Assembly: GCA_963776245.1 (NCBI GenBank)
Contig: CAVZLN010000003.1
Span: 896,001 to 960,000, forward strand
Source: Candidatus Eiseniibacteriota bacterium
GTDB taxonomy: Bacteria > Eisenbacteria > RBG-16-71-46
Direction of reading: 5' to 3'
Length of the DNA stretch: 64,000 nt
Shown piece after piece: positions 8,021-17,801 of this stretch. The notes beneath the pieces are model-generated. The model saw nothing but the letters and a program-made list of their open reading frames with translations. It was not told the origin of the DNA and ran no database searches. Made by a program: the position numbers and the translations under genes. Within the stretch, counting starts at the first letter, position 1; each line of letters starts with the position of its first letter.

Positions 8021-10831
8021 TCAATGGAGCAGCAGCAGCCGGCGCAGGTGGCGCGTCCCTTCGACGTCGAGACGCACCAGGTAGAGGCCGGTCGGCAGCG
8101 ACTGGCCGCGGGAGCCGCGGCCATCCCAGCGCACCGGGTGCCGGCCCGCGGACTGCATCCCCGCGATCAGCTCGCGCACCATGCGCCCGCTCACGTCGAA
8201 CACCGCCAGCTCCACCCGCGCGCGACGCGGCAGGCCCAGCTCCACCGTCGCGCCCCGTCCCATGCTGGGATTCGGGTACGGCGCCGAGAGCCACACCTGC
8301 CCCGGCGGCGCGGCCCGCGCATCGTCGGCGCCCGCGGTGCCGCCCACTTCGAGCGTGATCACGCCGGCGTTGTCGGTCTCGTCGATCTCGACGACCGCGT
8401 CCAGCGTGTCGGCCACCACGCGCAACGTATGGATGCCGGGGGCCAGCTGGAGGCCCGTGACGTGCACCTCCACGCTGTCGAGCGCGGCGACGCGAGTCCG
8501 GCCCTCGGCGAGCAGCGCGTTGCAGGCGGTCAGGTGCCAGTGGGTGGGACGCGCCGGGGCGCGGCCGCGGTTGCGCAACACGAAGCGCACGGCGAAGTGC
8601 TCGTTCCCCTCCGGCGCCGCGGGCTCCACGGTGAGGGCCGCGGGGGAGAGGTCGACCTCGGGACGGATATCCACCGCGGCCGAATCGGCGAGCCCGTGGC
8701 TGTCGGTGACGCGCACGCTCACGCGATAGAAGACGATCGCGGTGTCCCCGGCCGCCGGCGGCGTGAACGTCGCGCTGGCCGTGTTCGCCGTCATCACCAC
8801 GACGCTGCCGCTGTCCGCATGGGATTCCACCCGCCAGGCGTGCGCGAGTGGTCCCGGCGGGTCCTCCGCGTCGGCGGCGGCACAGGTGAGGTCGAGCCCC
8901 TGGCCCCCATGGTAGAACGTGCCCCTGGCCGGTGACGTGATGACGACCGTGGGGGGCGTCTCGGGTGGGGTGGTCTCGGGGCCGACCGTCGAGACCGGAT
9001 CGGTCGCCGCGCACCCGCGCACCCGGAGGTCGTCGAACTGCGCGCGGGTGTCGTCCTCCTCGAAGAGCGCGACCGGCCCATCTGGGAAGTGGAGCGGGGT
9101 GCCGACCGCGGTCGGGTTCTGGAGCACGTCGCCGAAGTACACCTGGATCCCCGCGCCGCTCACCTTCATGCCGAGCTTGTACCAGGCGCTCCGCTCGACT
9201 TCGCCGACCGCACCCGACCAGAGCTCGGTGCCATTGCCGTCGATCCACTCGTAGAGGAAGAGATTCGGTCCGTCGTCGAGGTCGTCGTACAGATTGAGTG
9301 AGTACCCGTTGTCGGGGTCCGCCATGCGCGCCCCGAGGCCCCAGACGCGGCCGCCGAGCAACCGGCCCCAGCCCTCGACCACGTAGTCCTGCCCGGCGTA
9401 CGAGGACCGCAGGATGTCCCAGCCGTGCGTGCTGCCCTGAGCGACCACGCCGGTGTCGCCGTGGGGCTGTGTCGCCATGGGGGCGCTCCAGCTGCCGCCG
9501 CTCGCGGTCCACCGGGCGGGATCGAGCACCCCCGCGAGCACCCGCCCCGCCGCCAGGTCGCCCTGCACCAGGTCGAGCGTCCAGATGCCGTTCGTCCGCT
9601 TGCAGTAGTACTCGTACAGGACGTCGCCGACCGGAGTCTGGAACATGCACGCGCAGTCCCCGTCGAGCAGTGGGTTGCCGGGCAGCGCGGTGAACGGCCC
9701 GAGGGGCGACGGGCCACCGTAGACCTTGACGCTCCAGGTGTCCTCGAGGATCTCGGTGATCAGGAAGTACGTCCCGTCGCGGAACATCAGGTTGGGGGCC
9801 GCGAGCGTGGTCGGCGAGCTCAGCAACTCCACGTCGGGCGCCGTGGCCAGCCCCGCGACGGTGGTCGCGCTCCGCGCCATGATGCGCCACACGGTGGCGC
9901 CGTCGCCCTGATACCAGTAGAGGTGGAAGCGGCCTCCCACGGGGTCGTGGAAGAGGTTCGGGTTCTGGTTCCGCCACCCCGGGGTCGCCGGCACGACCTC
10001 GGTGGGCGCGGTCCACGTCCGGCCGTTCGTGCTGGTCCGCCGCACGATGTGGCTGGTGCCGCAGAAGTCCGCCGTGTGGATCATGTGATAGGTGGTGCCA
10101 TCCCGGATGACGTGCGGCCAGCGCTCGCCGCCGCCGGTGAACAACGGATTGGTGGCGAACTTGGTCCACTCGACGAGGTCGTCGCTCCCCGCCATGCCGA
10201 TGCCGGTGCAGTCCTCGAGCCCGTAGTAGCCGTAGTAGTCCCAATCGGCCCCGCTCGGCGCCGGGACCACGCTCAGCGTGTGCGGTCCTTCGGTCTCCCA
10301 GTCCTGGTCCTCGGTCATGATGGTCTGGCTCGGGCCCAGCCGGTAGTAGCCCGGTCCCTTCATGCCCTCGAAGTCGTCGAAGAACGCGAACGTGCTGTCG
10401 CCATCGGCCACGGCGTCCGCGTCGGGGTTGCCGTAGTACACGAAGACGCTGGTGCCGCCACTGGGGATCGACGGCACCTTCACCCACAGGCGCGCGGTCT
10501 GCGTGCCGGGCTGCCAGATCTCGATCCAGAAGTGCAGCGCGGTCGTGCCGTCGCTCGAGGTCACCCGCAGGTCGGCGCCGTCGCTCCTCGCGTGGCTGAA
10601 ATCGAACGATGCGGGCAGCGTGACGAGCACCTGGAAGTCGGTGAGTGCCGTGCCGCCGGGATCGGCGATGGTCACCGGGCGGCGATAGGGCCACTCGTCC
10701 GAGAGCCAGCCCTGGGCGGTCGCGACCGCGGGCAGGCACGCCAGGAGGGCGGCGAGGACGCACGCGCGCACGCGGCCCGGGAGGGCCGCGCCAGATCGGG
10801 GATCGACGGGTCGAGCGGGGGTGGTCGTCAA
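8021..10831 (-). CDS. Large secreted multidomain protein: DUF2341, glycosidase-like beta-propeller, lectin/DUF1080-like, Ig, CARDB, FlgD/T9SS-like CTD
   Basis: Signal peptide; WPYRRPVTI...DGADLRVT...LWVKVP...YYGNP...FFDDF (DUF2341); repeated NPL blades; VVEIDETDN (CARDB); PYPNP...FDVSGRMVR...WDGR...GLYLVRL. TTG start is uncertain. Confidence 0.8.
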   Translation of the reverse strand: MTTTPARPVDPRSGAALPGRVRACVLAALLACLPAVATAQGWLSDEWPYRRPVTIADPGGTALTDFQVLVTLPASFDFSHARSDGADLRVTSSDGTTALHFWIEIWQPGTQTARLWVKVPSIPSGGTSVFVYYGNPDADAVADGDSTFAFFDDFEGMKGPGYYRLGPSQTIMTEDQDWETEGPHTLSVVPAPSGADWDYYGYYGLEDCTGIGMAGSDDLVEWTKFATNPLFTGGGERWPHVIRDGTTYHMIHTADFCGTSHIVRRTSTNGRTWTAPTEVVPATPGWRNQNPNLFHDPVGGRFHLYWYQGDGATVWRIMARSATTVAGLATAPDVELLSSPTTLAAPNLMFRDGTYFLITEILEDTWSVKVYGGPSPLGPFTALPGNPLLDGDCACMFQTPVGDVLYEYYCKRTNGIWTLDLVQGDLAAGRVLAGVLDPARWTASGGSWSAPMATQPHGDTGVVAQGSTHGWDILRSSYAGQDYVVEGWGRLLGGRVWGLGARMADPDNGYSLNLYDDLDDGPNLFLYEWIDGNGTELWSGAVGEVERSAWYKLGMKVSGAGIQVYFGDVLQNPTAVGTPLHFPDGPVALFEEDDTRAQFDDLRVRGCAATDPVSTVGPETTPPETPPTVVITSPARGTFYHGGQGLDLTCAAADAEDPPGPLAHAWRVESHADSGSVVVMTANTASATFTPPAAGDTAIVFYRVSVRVTDSHGLADSAAVDIRPEVDLSPAALTVEPAAPEGNEHFAVRFVLRNRGRAPARPTHWHLTACNALLAEGRTRVAALDSVEVHVTGLQLAPGIHTLRVVADTLDAVVEIDETDNAGVITLEVGGTAGADDARAAPPGQVWLSAPYPNPSMGRGATVELGLPRRARVELAVFDVSGRMVRELIAGMQSAGRHPVRWDGRGSRGQSLPTGLYLVRLDVEGTRHLRRLLLLH

Positions 10832-10942
10832 GAGACGAGAACTCCAGTCGTTCGGCCCAGGGCACGCACCGATCGGTTGGCCTGGACGCGGGGATGGATG
10901 GGTGAGCGGCGATTGCTGGCGTGCCCGTTCACCTGATCCAAC

Positions 10943-10958
10943 AGCAATGGCCAGGCCA
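10943..10958 (-). promoter_or_regulatory. Putative sigma54 (-24/-12) promoter
   Basis: Minus strand reads TGGCCTGGCCATTGCT = TGGC-N7-TTGCT, about 110 bp upstream of the 936-aa gene. Confidence 0.55.
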
Positions 10959-11223
10959 AGTCCCCGTCATGGGACCCGGGTCACGACCGGCGGGCGGCGA
11001 ACCTGCGACCCGGTGGCGCGTCGATCCGCCCGCGCCCGCGGAATCCGCTGTGAACGCCGCGCGATCCGCGCACCCGGCCGGTGCCCGAGTCAGCGGCGTG
11101 GCGCCCCGGGAGGGTCGGCAGCGGAGGAGGGAGTGGCCTCCGACGGCCGGGGCATGCGGGGACTTCTGGGGGAACTCGCCGCGAACCGAGCGGAATCACC
11201 CAGCCCGGCGCGGGCCGGACCGC

Positions 11224-12451
11224 CTAGGGAGTGCCCCAGCGATCGCCGAGAACGAGCGTCCCGGCCGGGTCGAGCGCGGCGCGCACGCGCCGGCGCAGCG
11301 TGGCGACCGCCACCTGCGCCGGCAGCGCGGGCACCACGCCGTCCGCGCCGCGCGCGCCGATCAGGGCGAACCCGCTCGCGGCCAGGGCGCGCACGATGTC
11401 CTGCGCCCGGGCGAGGTCCGGGAACAGGTGCAGGCGACCCGCGGGGGCGTGGAACACCGCGCGGCGCGCCTCGGGAGTGTCCGCGAGCGGGGCGAGTGCG
11501 ACGGGGGTGTTCGACGCGGTGGTGAACGTGAGGCGCGCGCCGGGCCCCTCCTCGAGATCGGCGAGCGACTGCCACAGCGTGGCGACCTCCGCGCCCTCGA
11601 GCCGGGCGCTTTCCGGGCCGAGCCGCTCGCGCGCGAGCGCCGTCTGGCTCTCCACCCACACCGCGTCGTCCTCGAGCCCGACGATCACGACGCCGTCACC
11701 GATCGCGGCGAGCGCCGGGATGCCGGCGGCCGCCTCGCGTCCGAGCACGGTGAGCGCCGCCGGCTCGAGCCGGGGCAGCGGAGCCCAGCGCGCGGCCTCG
11801 TCCAGCCGCGCGGAGGTCGCGGGCCACACCAGCGCGCGGCGCGCCGCGGGCGCGGGCAGGAGCTTGAGGCTCGCCTCGAGCATCACGCCGAGTCCGCCGC
11901 GCGAGCCGCACAGCAGCCGGTGCACCGCGTGGCCCGCGACGTTCTTCACCACGCGGCCGCCGGTGCGGGCGAGCGTGCCGTCGCCGGTGCCACGGCGGCG
12001 CCGAGGATGCGGTCGCGCGGCGCGCCGAAGCGCAGCCGGCGGGCCCCCGAGGCTTGGCCGCGAGCACGCCGCCGAGCGTGGCGCGCGCGGCATGCGCCGC
12101 CTCGAGCGGCAGCTCCTGGCCACGGTCGGCGAGCCGCGCGCGCAGCGCGGCGAGCGTGATGCCGCACTCGGCGGTGACGGTGAAGTCCTCGGGCTCGTAC
12201 ACCACGATGCGGTCGAACGCCCGCAGGTCGAGCGCCACGTCGTAGCGCGACGGCGCGCGCTCGCCGGGGAGCGCCACGCCGCCGCCCCACGGGACCAGCG
12301 CCAGGCCGGCGCGGGTGGCGGCGCGCAGCGCCTCGGCCACCTCCTCGCGGGCGGCCGGGCGCACCGCGAGGCGCGGCGCCACGCCGCCGATCGCGAAGCC
12401 GGACGGATCGAGCGCGCGCGCGGCGTCGAGGCCGAGCGCTCCCGGCGTCAT
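11224..12451 (-). CDS. glcE: Glycolate oxidase FAD-binding subunit GlcE-like (frameshifted near 11990-12060)
   Basis: Frames join MTPGALG...ATLGGVLAA / RRLRFGAPRDRILG / GDGTLARTGGRVVKNVAG...GSRGGLGV...ALDP. Confidence 0.75.
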
Positions 12452-13916
12452 ATCCACGCGCCCTCCACGTCGGGCCGCGCCGGGCGGCCGCCGACGTTGG
12501 GCGGGGGCGCGGCGTGCGACTCGCCGCAGCCGCCGCCGCCCGGCAGCACCTTGCACGGGTTCATGAGCCCGCTGGGGTCGAACGCCTCGCGCACCCGCTC
12601 CATGACCGCGAGGTCGTCGGCGGCGAACAGCTCGCGCATCATCGGCCGCTTCTCGATGCCGACGCCGTGCTCGCCCGAGATCGTGCCGCCCATGCGGATG
12701 CACATGCGCAGGATCTCGTGCGAGACCTCGAGCGCGTCGGCCTGCTGGTCCGGGTCGTCGGCGTCGAACAGCACGTGCGGATGCAGGTTGCCGTCGCCGG
12801 CGTGGAACACGTTGCCGGCCTCGAGCCCGCGTTCGGCGGCGATGCGGTAGACGCTGGCGAGCGCCTCGGCGAGCCGCGTGCGCGGCACGACGCCGTCCAT
12901 GATGTAGAACCCGCTGCGCAGCCGCCCGTAGGCGCCGAACGACGACTTGCGTCCGCGCCAGATGGCGCGCGCTCGTCCTCGTCGCGCGCGACGCGCGTGG
13001 TGCGCGCGCCGTGCGCGCGCGCGACCGCGGTGATGCGCTCGACCTGGGCCGGCAGGCTCACCGCGGGGCCGTCGACCTCGATGAGCAGCACCGCGCCCGC
13101 GTCGGGCGGCAGTCCCAGGTGCAGCCAGGCCTCGACCACGCCGATGGTGTGGCGGTCCATGATCTCCATGGCCGCCGGCACGATGCCCGCGGCGATCACC
13201 TCGGAGACCGCGCGGCACGCGTCGCCGACCTCGAGGAAGTCGAACAGCATGGTGCGCGCCGCCTCGGGGCGCGGCATCAGCCGCACGCACACCTCGGTGA
13301 CGACGCCCAGCGTGCCCTCGCTGCCGGTGATCGAGCGCCGCGAGGTCGAAGTCCGGCGCGTCGCACGCCTCGCCGCCGAGCGAGAGCACCGTGCCGTCGG
13401 CGAGCACCACGGTGAGCCCGAGCACGCTGTTGAGCGTGACGCCGTACTTGAGGCAGTGCGGCCCGCCGGAGTTCGCCGCCACGTTGCCGCCGATCGTGCT
13501 CACCTGCTGCGACGCGGGATCGGGCGCGTAGTAGAGCCCGTGTCCGGCCACCTGCTGCGAGAGCTGGAGGTTCACCAGCCCCGGCTGCACCCACGCGAAC
13601 ATCCGCTCGGGGTCCACGCTCAGCAGGCGGTCCATGCGGTTCAGCGAGAGCGACCAGCCCGCCGCGCCGGGGCGTGGCGCCGCCCGCGAGCCCGGTGCCC
13701 GCGCCGCGCGGGGTCACCGGCGACCTCGAGCTCGCTCGCCCAGCGCATCACCGCGGCCACCTCGTCGGTGGAGCGCGGCAGCACCACGACGTCCGGCCGG
13801 GCGCGCTCGAGGGCGAGCGCGTCCGCCTCGTAGGTGAACAGCGCCGCGTCGGTGGTGAGCACGCCTTCGGGGCCGAGGAGCGCGGTCAGTTCGTCGAGAC
13901 GATCCAGCCAGGACAT
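12448..13916 (-). CDS. glcD: FAD-linked oxidase GlcD-like (several frameshifts)
   Basis: Pieces PDVVVLP, PRGAGTGLAGGA, YAPDPASQ..STIGGNVA.NSGGPHCLKYG, GSEGTLGVVTE, HAGDGNLHP, GEHGVGIEK, NPCKVLP spread over all three frames. Confidence 0.85.
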
Positions 13917-13970
13917 GCGCCGCACCTTAGCACGGGCCCCGGCGCCGACACCGCCGTGTCGCCCGGGGTC

Positions 13971-15095
13971 TCAGCCGGCCGCCGGCACCTGCTGCTCGCG
14001 CGCCAGATGCTCGACCGCCGCGGCCGCCTCGCGGTAGCCGTCCGCGAGCAGGAAGTCCGGTTCGCCAGCGTGCGCCTTCGCGCCGATCACCCGGAAGTCG
14101 GGCTCGGCGTCCTGCAGCTCGCGCGTCATGGCGCCGTCGGCGTGGGAGCCGGTGTTGACGAGCACCCGGTCCACCTCCTCGACCACCACCTCGTCGCCGC
14201 GCACCAGTTGCACGCGGTAGCGATGCGTGGCCGAGTTGAACTCGAAGCCCTCGACCTCCACGCCGCCCACGTGGGTGACCGCGGCGTGCGCGCCGCGCGC
14301 CAGCTCACGGGCGCGCGCGGCGAGCGCGCGGCGCGCGGGCAGCGGATCGTCGGTGCGCTCGGGCAGCAGCGCGGCCAGCGGCTCGCGCGTCGCCCACACC
14401 GCCAGCGTGCCGGGCTCCTGGTCGGCGAGCGTGGCGAGCGCCGCGACGCTGGTGGCCGCGCTGGTGCCGCCGCCGATCACCAGCGTGCGCTTGCCCGCGT
14501 GGCGTGCGCGTCCGAGGCCGAGCACGTCGTCCGGGTGATACGACATCTGCGGCGCCAGGTAGAGCTCACCGCGCGCCGGGATGCCGCCGGTGCCCGCCCG
14601 GTTGGGCGCGCCGTAGGTGCCCGAGGCGTCGAGGACCGAGAACGCGTGGATGAAGCTCTCGCGTCCGCCGGCGTCGCGCACCAGCAGACGGAACGGCCGC
14701 TCGCGCCGCACCGGATCGCCGGTCCATTCGCCCCGGAGGGCGCCACGACGACTCACGTGCACCACCTGGGCGTACCGATGGACGCGGTCCTTCAGCTCGG
14801 GGAGGGCGGCCGCCGGATGCAGCAGGCGCTCGGCCAGCTCGAGTCCGGTGGGGAACTCCTCGGGCGCGGGCTCCACCCAGCCGCCGGCCGCGAGGTGGGC
14901 GCGCGTCGCCGGGCCCACGCTCGCGCGCCACGGCGTGAACATGCGCACGTGGCCCCACGCCAGCGGGTGCGCGCCGGGCTCGCCGCGTTCGAACACGTGC
15001 ACGTCGAAGCCGCGATCGAGCGCGGCGAGCGCGGCCTCGAGCCCGATGGGGCCGGCGCCGATGATGGCGAGCGAATGGCGTGCGGGAACGGGCAT
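13971..15095 (-). CDS. FAD/NAD(P)-dependent oxidoreductase (ArsO-like flavoprotein family)
   Basis: IIGAGPIG, WGHVRMFTPW, DASGT, VIGGGTSA, VNTG. Confidence 0.8.
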   Translation of the reverse strand: MPVPARHSLAIIGAGPIGLEAALAALDRGFDVHVFERGEPGAHPLAWGHVRMFTPWRASVGPATRAHLAAGGWVEPAPEEFPTGLELAERLLHPAAALPELKDRVHRYAQVVHVSRRGALRGEWTGDPVRRERPFRLLVRDAGGRESFIHAFSVLDASGTYGAPNRAGTGGIPARGELYLAPQMSYHPDDVLGLGRARHAGKRTLVIGGGTSAATSVAALATLADQEPGTLAVWATREPLAALLPERTDDPLPARRALAARARELARGAHAAVTHVGGVEVEGFEFNSATHRYRVQLVRGDEVVVEEVDRVLVNTGSHADGAMTRELQDAEPDFRVIGAKAHAGEPDFLLADGYREAAAAVEHLAREQQVPAAG

Positions 15096-15215
15096 GGGGT
15101 GGCGGTTTCCGTGCGCGGCGTGGAGGAAGGTGCGGGCGGCCGGGGGACGCACTCTAGCGGCGCGCGGGCCCGCGGACAAACGCCCGACAGGTGGAACTCC
15201 TCCCGGTCGAACGAT

Positions 15216-15385
15216 GGGCGAGGCCGGCTCGCGGAGCATCCTCTGGGGTTCTAATCCACTCCGTCGGGCGAACCCCTCCGGATGCCCCGCGAGCCGGCCT
15301 CACCCAGCCTCACCCTGCCTTCGTCGGGCGAACCCCTCCGGATGCCCCGCAAGCCGGCCTCACCCAGCCTCACCCGGCCTCACCC
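15216..15385. repeat. Intergenic REP/BIME-like element: one inverted 35-bp arm plus two tandem 60-bp units
   Basis: 15261-15320 vs 15321-15380 differ at 3 of 60 positions. 15216-15250 is the reverse complement of 15271-15305 (30/35 match). GCCTCACCC recurs five times. Confidence 0.85.
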
Positions 15386-17011
15386 CGTCTCGGTCGGGGT
15401 GGCGATCACGGCCAGCATGCTCTCGCGGTGCCCGTCGAGCATCCGGCCGGCGGGGGCGAGCGAGCGCCACCAGGCGACGGCGAGCGCCAGCACCAGGGCG
15501 CCGGGCACCAGCACGCCCGCCAGCGTGCGCGCGTCCGGCGGCGCCAGCGCGCGCGCCCCCCAGCGCGCCAGCGCGAACGCGCCGAGGGTGGCGAACAGCG
15601 CGATCGTGTGCACCAGGTTCGACAGCACGGACGCCCCCGAGGAGGTGCGACCGCGCCGGTCGGCGCGCGCCGGGTGCTGGATCGAGCTGACGTGCCCCAT
15701 CATCATGCCCACCAGCATGAGCGCCGCGCCCCACACCACGACCTCGATGCACAGCAGCGCGCCCGCGTCGCCGTTCGCGACCGTGAGTCCCACCAGCGTC
15801 ACCCCCAGGCACACTGCGAACTGCAGCGAGACGGCGAGGTCCTTGGCGAGCAGCAGCGCGCGGCTCTCGAGCGGCAGCAGGAACAGCAGTCGCAGGCCTT
15901 CGCGCTCCTGGCCGAACAGGCTGCCCGTGAACCCCTGCACCTGCATCGAGAGCATCATCGCCACCCACGGTCCCATCGCGGGGACGTCGCGGCCCGCCAT
16001 GGCGCGGAACATCACCGCCACGAACACCGAGAACACCAGCATCGCGAACATCTGCGGGCCGCGCCGCGCGAGCGTCACCTCGCGCTCGAGCAGCAGGGCG
16101 AGCGGCGCGGGCAGCAGCCGGCGCCACGGGCGCGGTCCGCCGGGCGCTCCGGCCGCGCGCTCGCGCGGCGCGCGAACGGATGAGGTGGTCTCGCGTCCGA
16201 GCGCCAGCCGGTGGGCGAGCCGCCAGCCGCACTCGATCAGCAGCGCGAGCAGCGCGAGCGCGAGCCCGGCGCCGATCGCGGCGTGGAGCCAGCGGCCCTC
16301 GAGCGCACCGGTCGCGAGCCACGCGGGCCACGCCGCGGTGGGCAGCGCGCGCTCGGCGAGGCGCGCGAGGTGCTCGAGACGCGCCGGCAGCGTCGGGCCC
16401 GCGGCCTCCATCAGGTGCTGCACGCGGTCGCGCGCCCCGAGGTACACGAGATAGCCCGACATGCCCACCACCGTGGCGAGCCCCTCGTGGAGCAGGCGCA
16501 GCATGCGGTGGTGACGCATCGCGCTCACCAGCGCGAGCAGCAGCTGGAGCAGCGCGGCGGTGAGCGCGGCCAGCAGCAGCACCGCGAGCGCCGCCGCCAC
16601 GCCCGCGAGCGGCCCGCCGCGCGCCGCCGCGCCGAGCACGGCGCCGCTGAGCGCGGGCAGCACGAACAGCGCAGGCAGCTCGGTGACCGACATCACCACG
16701 CTCGACAGGTGGAGGGTGCGCGGGTGGATGGGGAAGCGCAGCATGCGGCGCAGGTCGAACGCCTCGCCCCACGCGTTCATGATGAGCACCAGCACCACCC
16801 ACGCGGCCTGCGCGCCCGCGAAGGTGAGCATCAGCGCGGGCGCGCCGAGCGTGCGCACGCCCGTGAACGCGAGCGAGGCGGCGCCGAGCCACAGGGGCGC
16901 GGCGGCGAGCGCGAAGATCGACAGCAGCGCGATCGTGGCGACGCGCCGCTCCACCGGGATGCCGCGCCACCACAGCCGGCCCTTGAGCGCGAGCAGGCTG
17001 CGCAGCGTCAT
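15380..17011 (-). CDS. ABC exporter permease (putative ABC-2 type, about 12 TM)
   Basis: Polytopic membrane ORF coupled (ATGA) to the ABC ATPase; LRRMLRFPI and LFLLPL loops. Confidence 0.75.
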   Translation of the reverse strand: MTLRSLLALKGRLWWRGIPVERRVATIALLSIFALAAAPLWLGAASLAFTGVRTLGAPALMLTFAGAQAAWVVLVLIMNAWGEAFDLRRMLRFPIHPRTLHLSSVVMSVTELPALFVLPALSGAVLGAAARGGPLAGVAAALAVLLLAALTAALLQLLLALVSAMRHHRMLRLLHEGLATVVGMSGYLVYLGARDRVQHLMEAAGPTLPARLEHLARLAERALPTAAWPAWLATGALEGRWLHAAIGAGLALALLALLIECGWRLAHRLALGRETTSSVRAPRERAAGAPGGPRPWRRLLPAPLALLLEREVTLARRGPQMFAMLVFSVFVAVMFRAMAGRDVPAMGPWVAMMLSMQVQGFTGSLFGQEREGLRLLFLLPLESRALLLAKDLAVSLQFAVCLGVTLVGLTVANGDAGALLCIEVVVWGAALMLVGMMMGHVSSIQHPARADRRGRTSSGASVLSNLVHTIALFATLGAFALARWGARALAPPDARTLAGVLVPGALVLALAVAWWRSLAPAGRMLDGHRESMLAVIATPTETG

Positions 17012-17793
17012 GCGCCCAGCCAGTCGAGCGCGCCGGAGACCGGCGGGCGCGCGCCGACGTGCGCGAGGAACAGCGCCTCGAGCGAGCGCTCGGTGCCGTC
17101 GGGGCCGCGGCGCAGGTCGTCGAGCGCGCCGTGCGCCACCAGCCGCCCGGCGGCGATGATGCCGACATGCGTGCACAGGCGCTCGACCACCTCGAGCACG
17201 TGCGAGGTCAGGAACACGGTCGTGTGCCCGCTCGCCACCAGGCGCTGGAGCAGCTCGCGGATGTGCACGCTCGCCACCGCGTCGATGCCCTCGAACGGCT
17301 CGTCGAGGAACAGCAGGCGCGGATTGTGGATGAGTGCGCACGCGAGCCCCAGCTTCTTGCGCATGCCGTGCGAGAACTCGGCCACCTGGCGCCCGGCGTC
17401 GTCGGCCAGACCGAGGGCGGCGAGCAGTTCATCGGCGCGGCGGGCGGCGGTGGCGCGGTCGAGCCCGTACGCCTCGCCCACGAACCTCAGGTGCTCGCCG
17501 GCCTTCAGGCGCTCGAACAGGTAGAGCCCTTCGGGCACCACCCCGATGCGCCGCCGCACCTCGATCGGGTCGCGCGCCACGTCGACACCCAGCACGGTGG
17601 CGCCCCCGCTCGTGGCGGCGAGCAGCCCGGTGAGGATGTGGATGGTGGTGGACTTCCCCGCCCCGTTCGGGCCCAGGAAACCGTAGAACGCCCCGGCCGG
17701 CACCGCGAGATCGAGATCGCACACGGCGACGGTCGCGCCGAACGTTCGCGTCAGGCCGCGGGTCTCGATGGCAGGATGGGAGCCCGGGTCCAT
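17008..17793 (-). CDS. ABC transporter ATP-binding protein
   Basis: GPNGAGKST, FSHGM signature, LFLDEP, TSH. Confidence 0.92.
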   Translation of the reverse strand: MDPGSHPAIETRGLTRTFGATVAVCDLDLAVPAGAFYGFLGPNGAGKSTTIHILTGLLAATSGGATVLGVDVARDPIEVRRRIGVVPEGLYLFERLKAGEHLRFVGEAYGLDRATAARRADELLAALGLADDAGRQVAEFSHGMRKKLGLACALIHNPRLLFLDEPFEGIDAVASVHIRELLQRLVASGHTTVFLTSHVLEVVERLCTHVGIIAAGRLVAHGALDDLRRGPDGTERSLEALFLAHVGARPPVSGALDWLGA

Positions 17794-17801
17794 GGCGCCT
17801 C

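Noticed and set aside
15261..15380. Possible CRISPR array
   Set aside because: Only two adjacent units with no unique spacers and no cas genes; better explained as a REP-like or tandem repeat.
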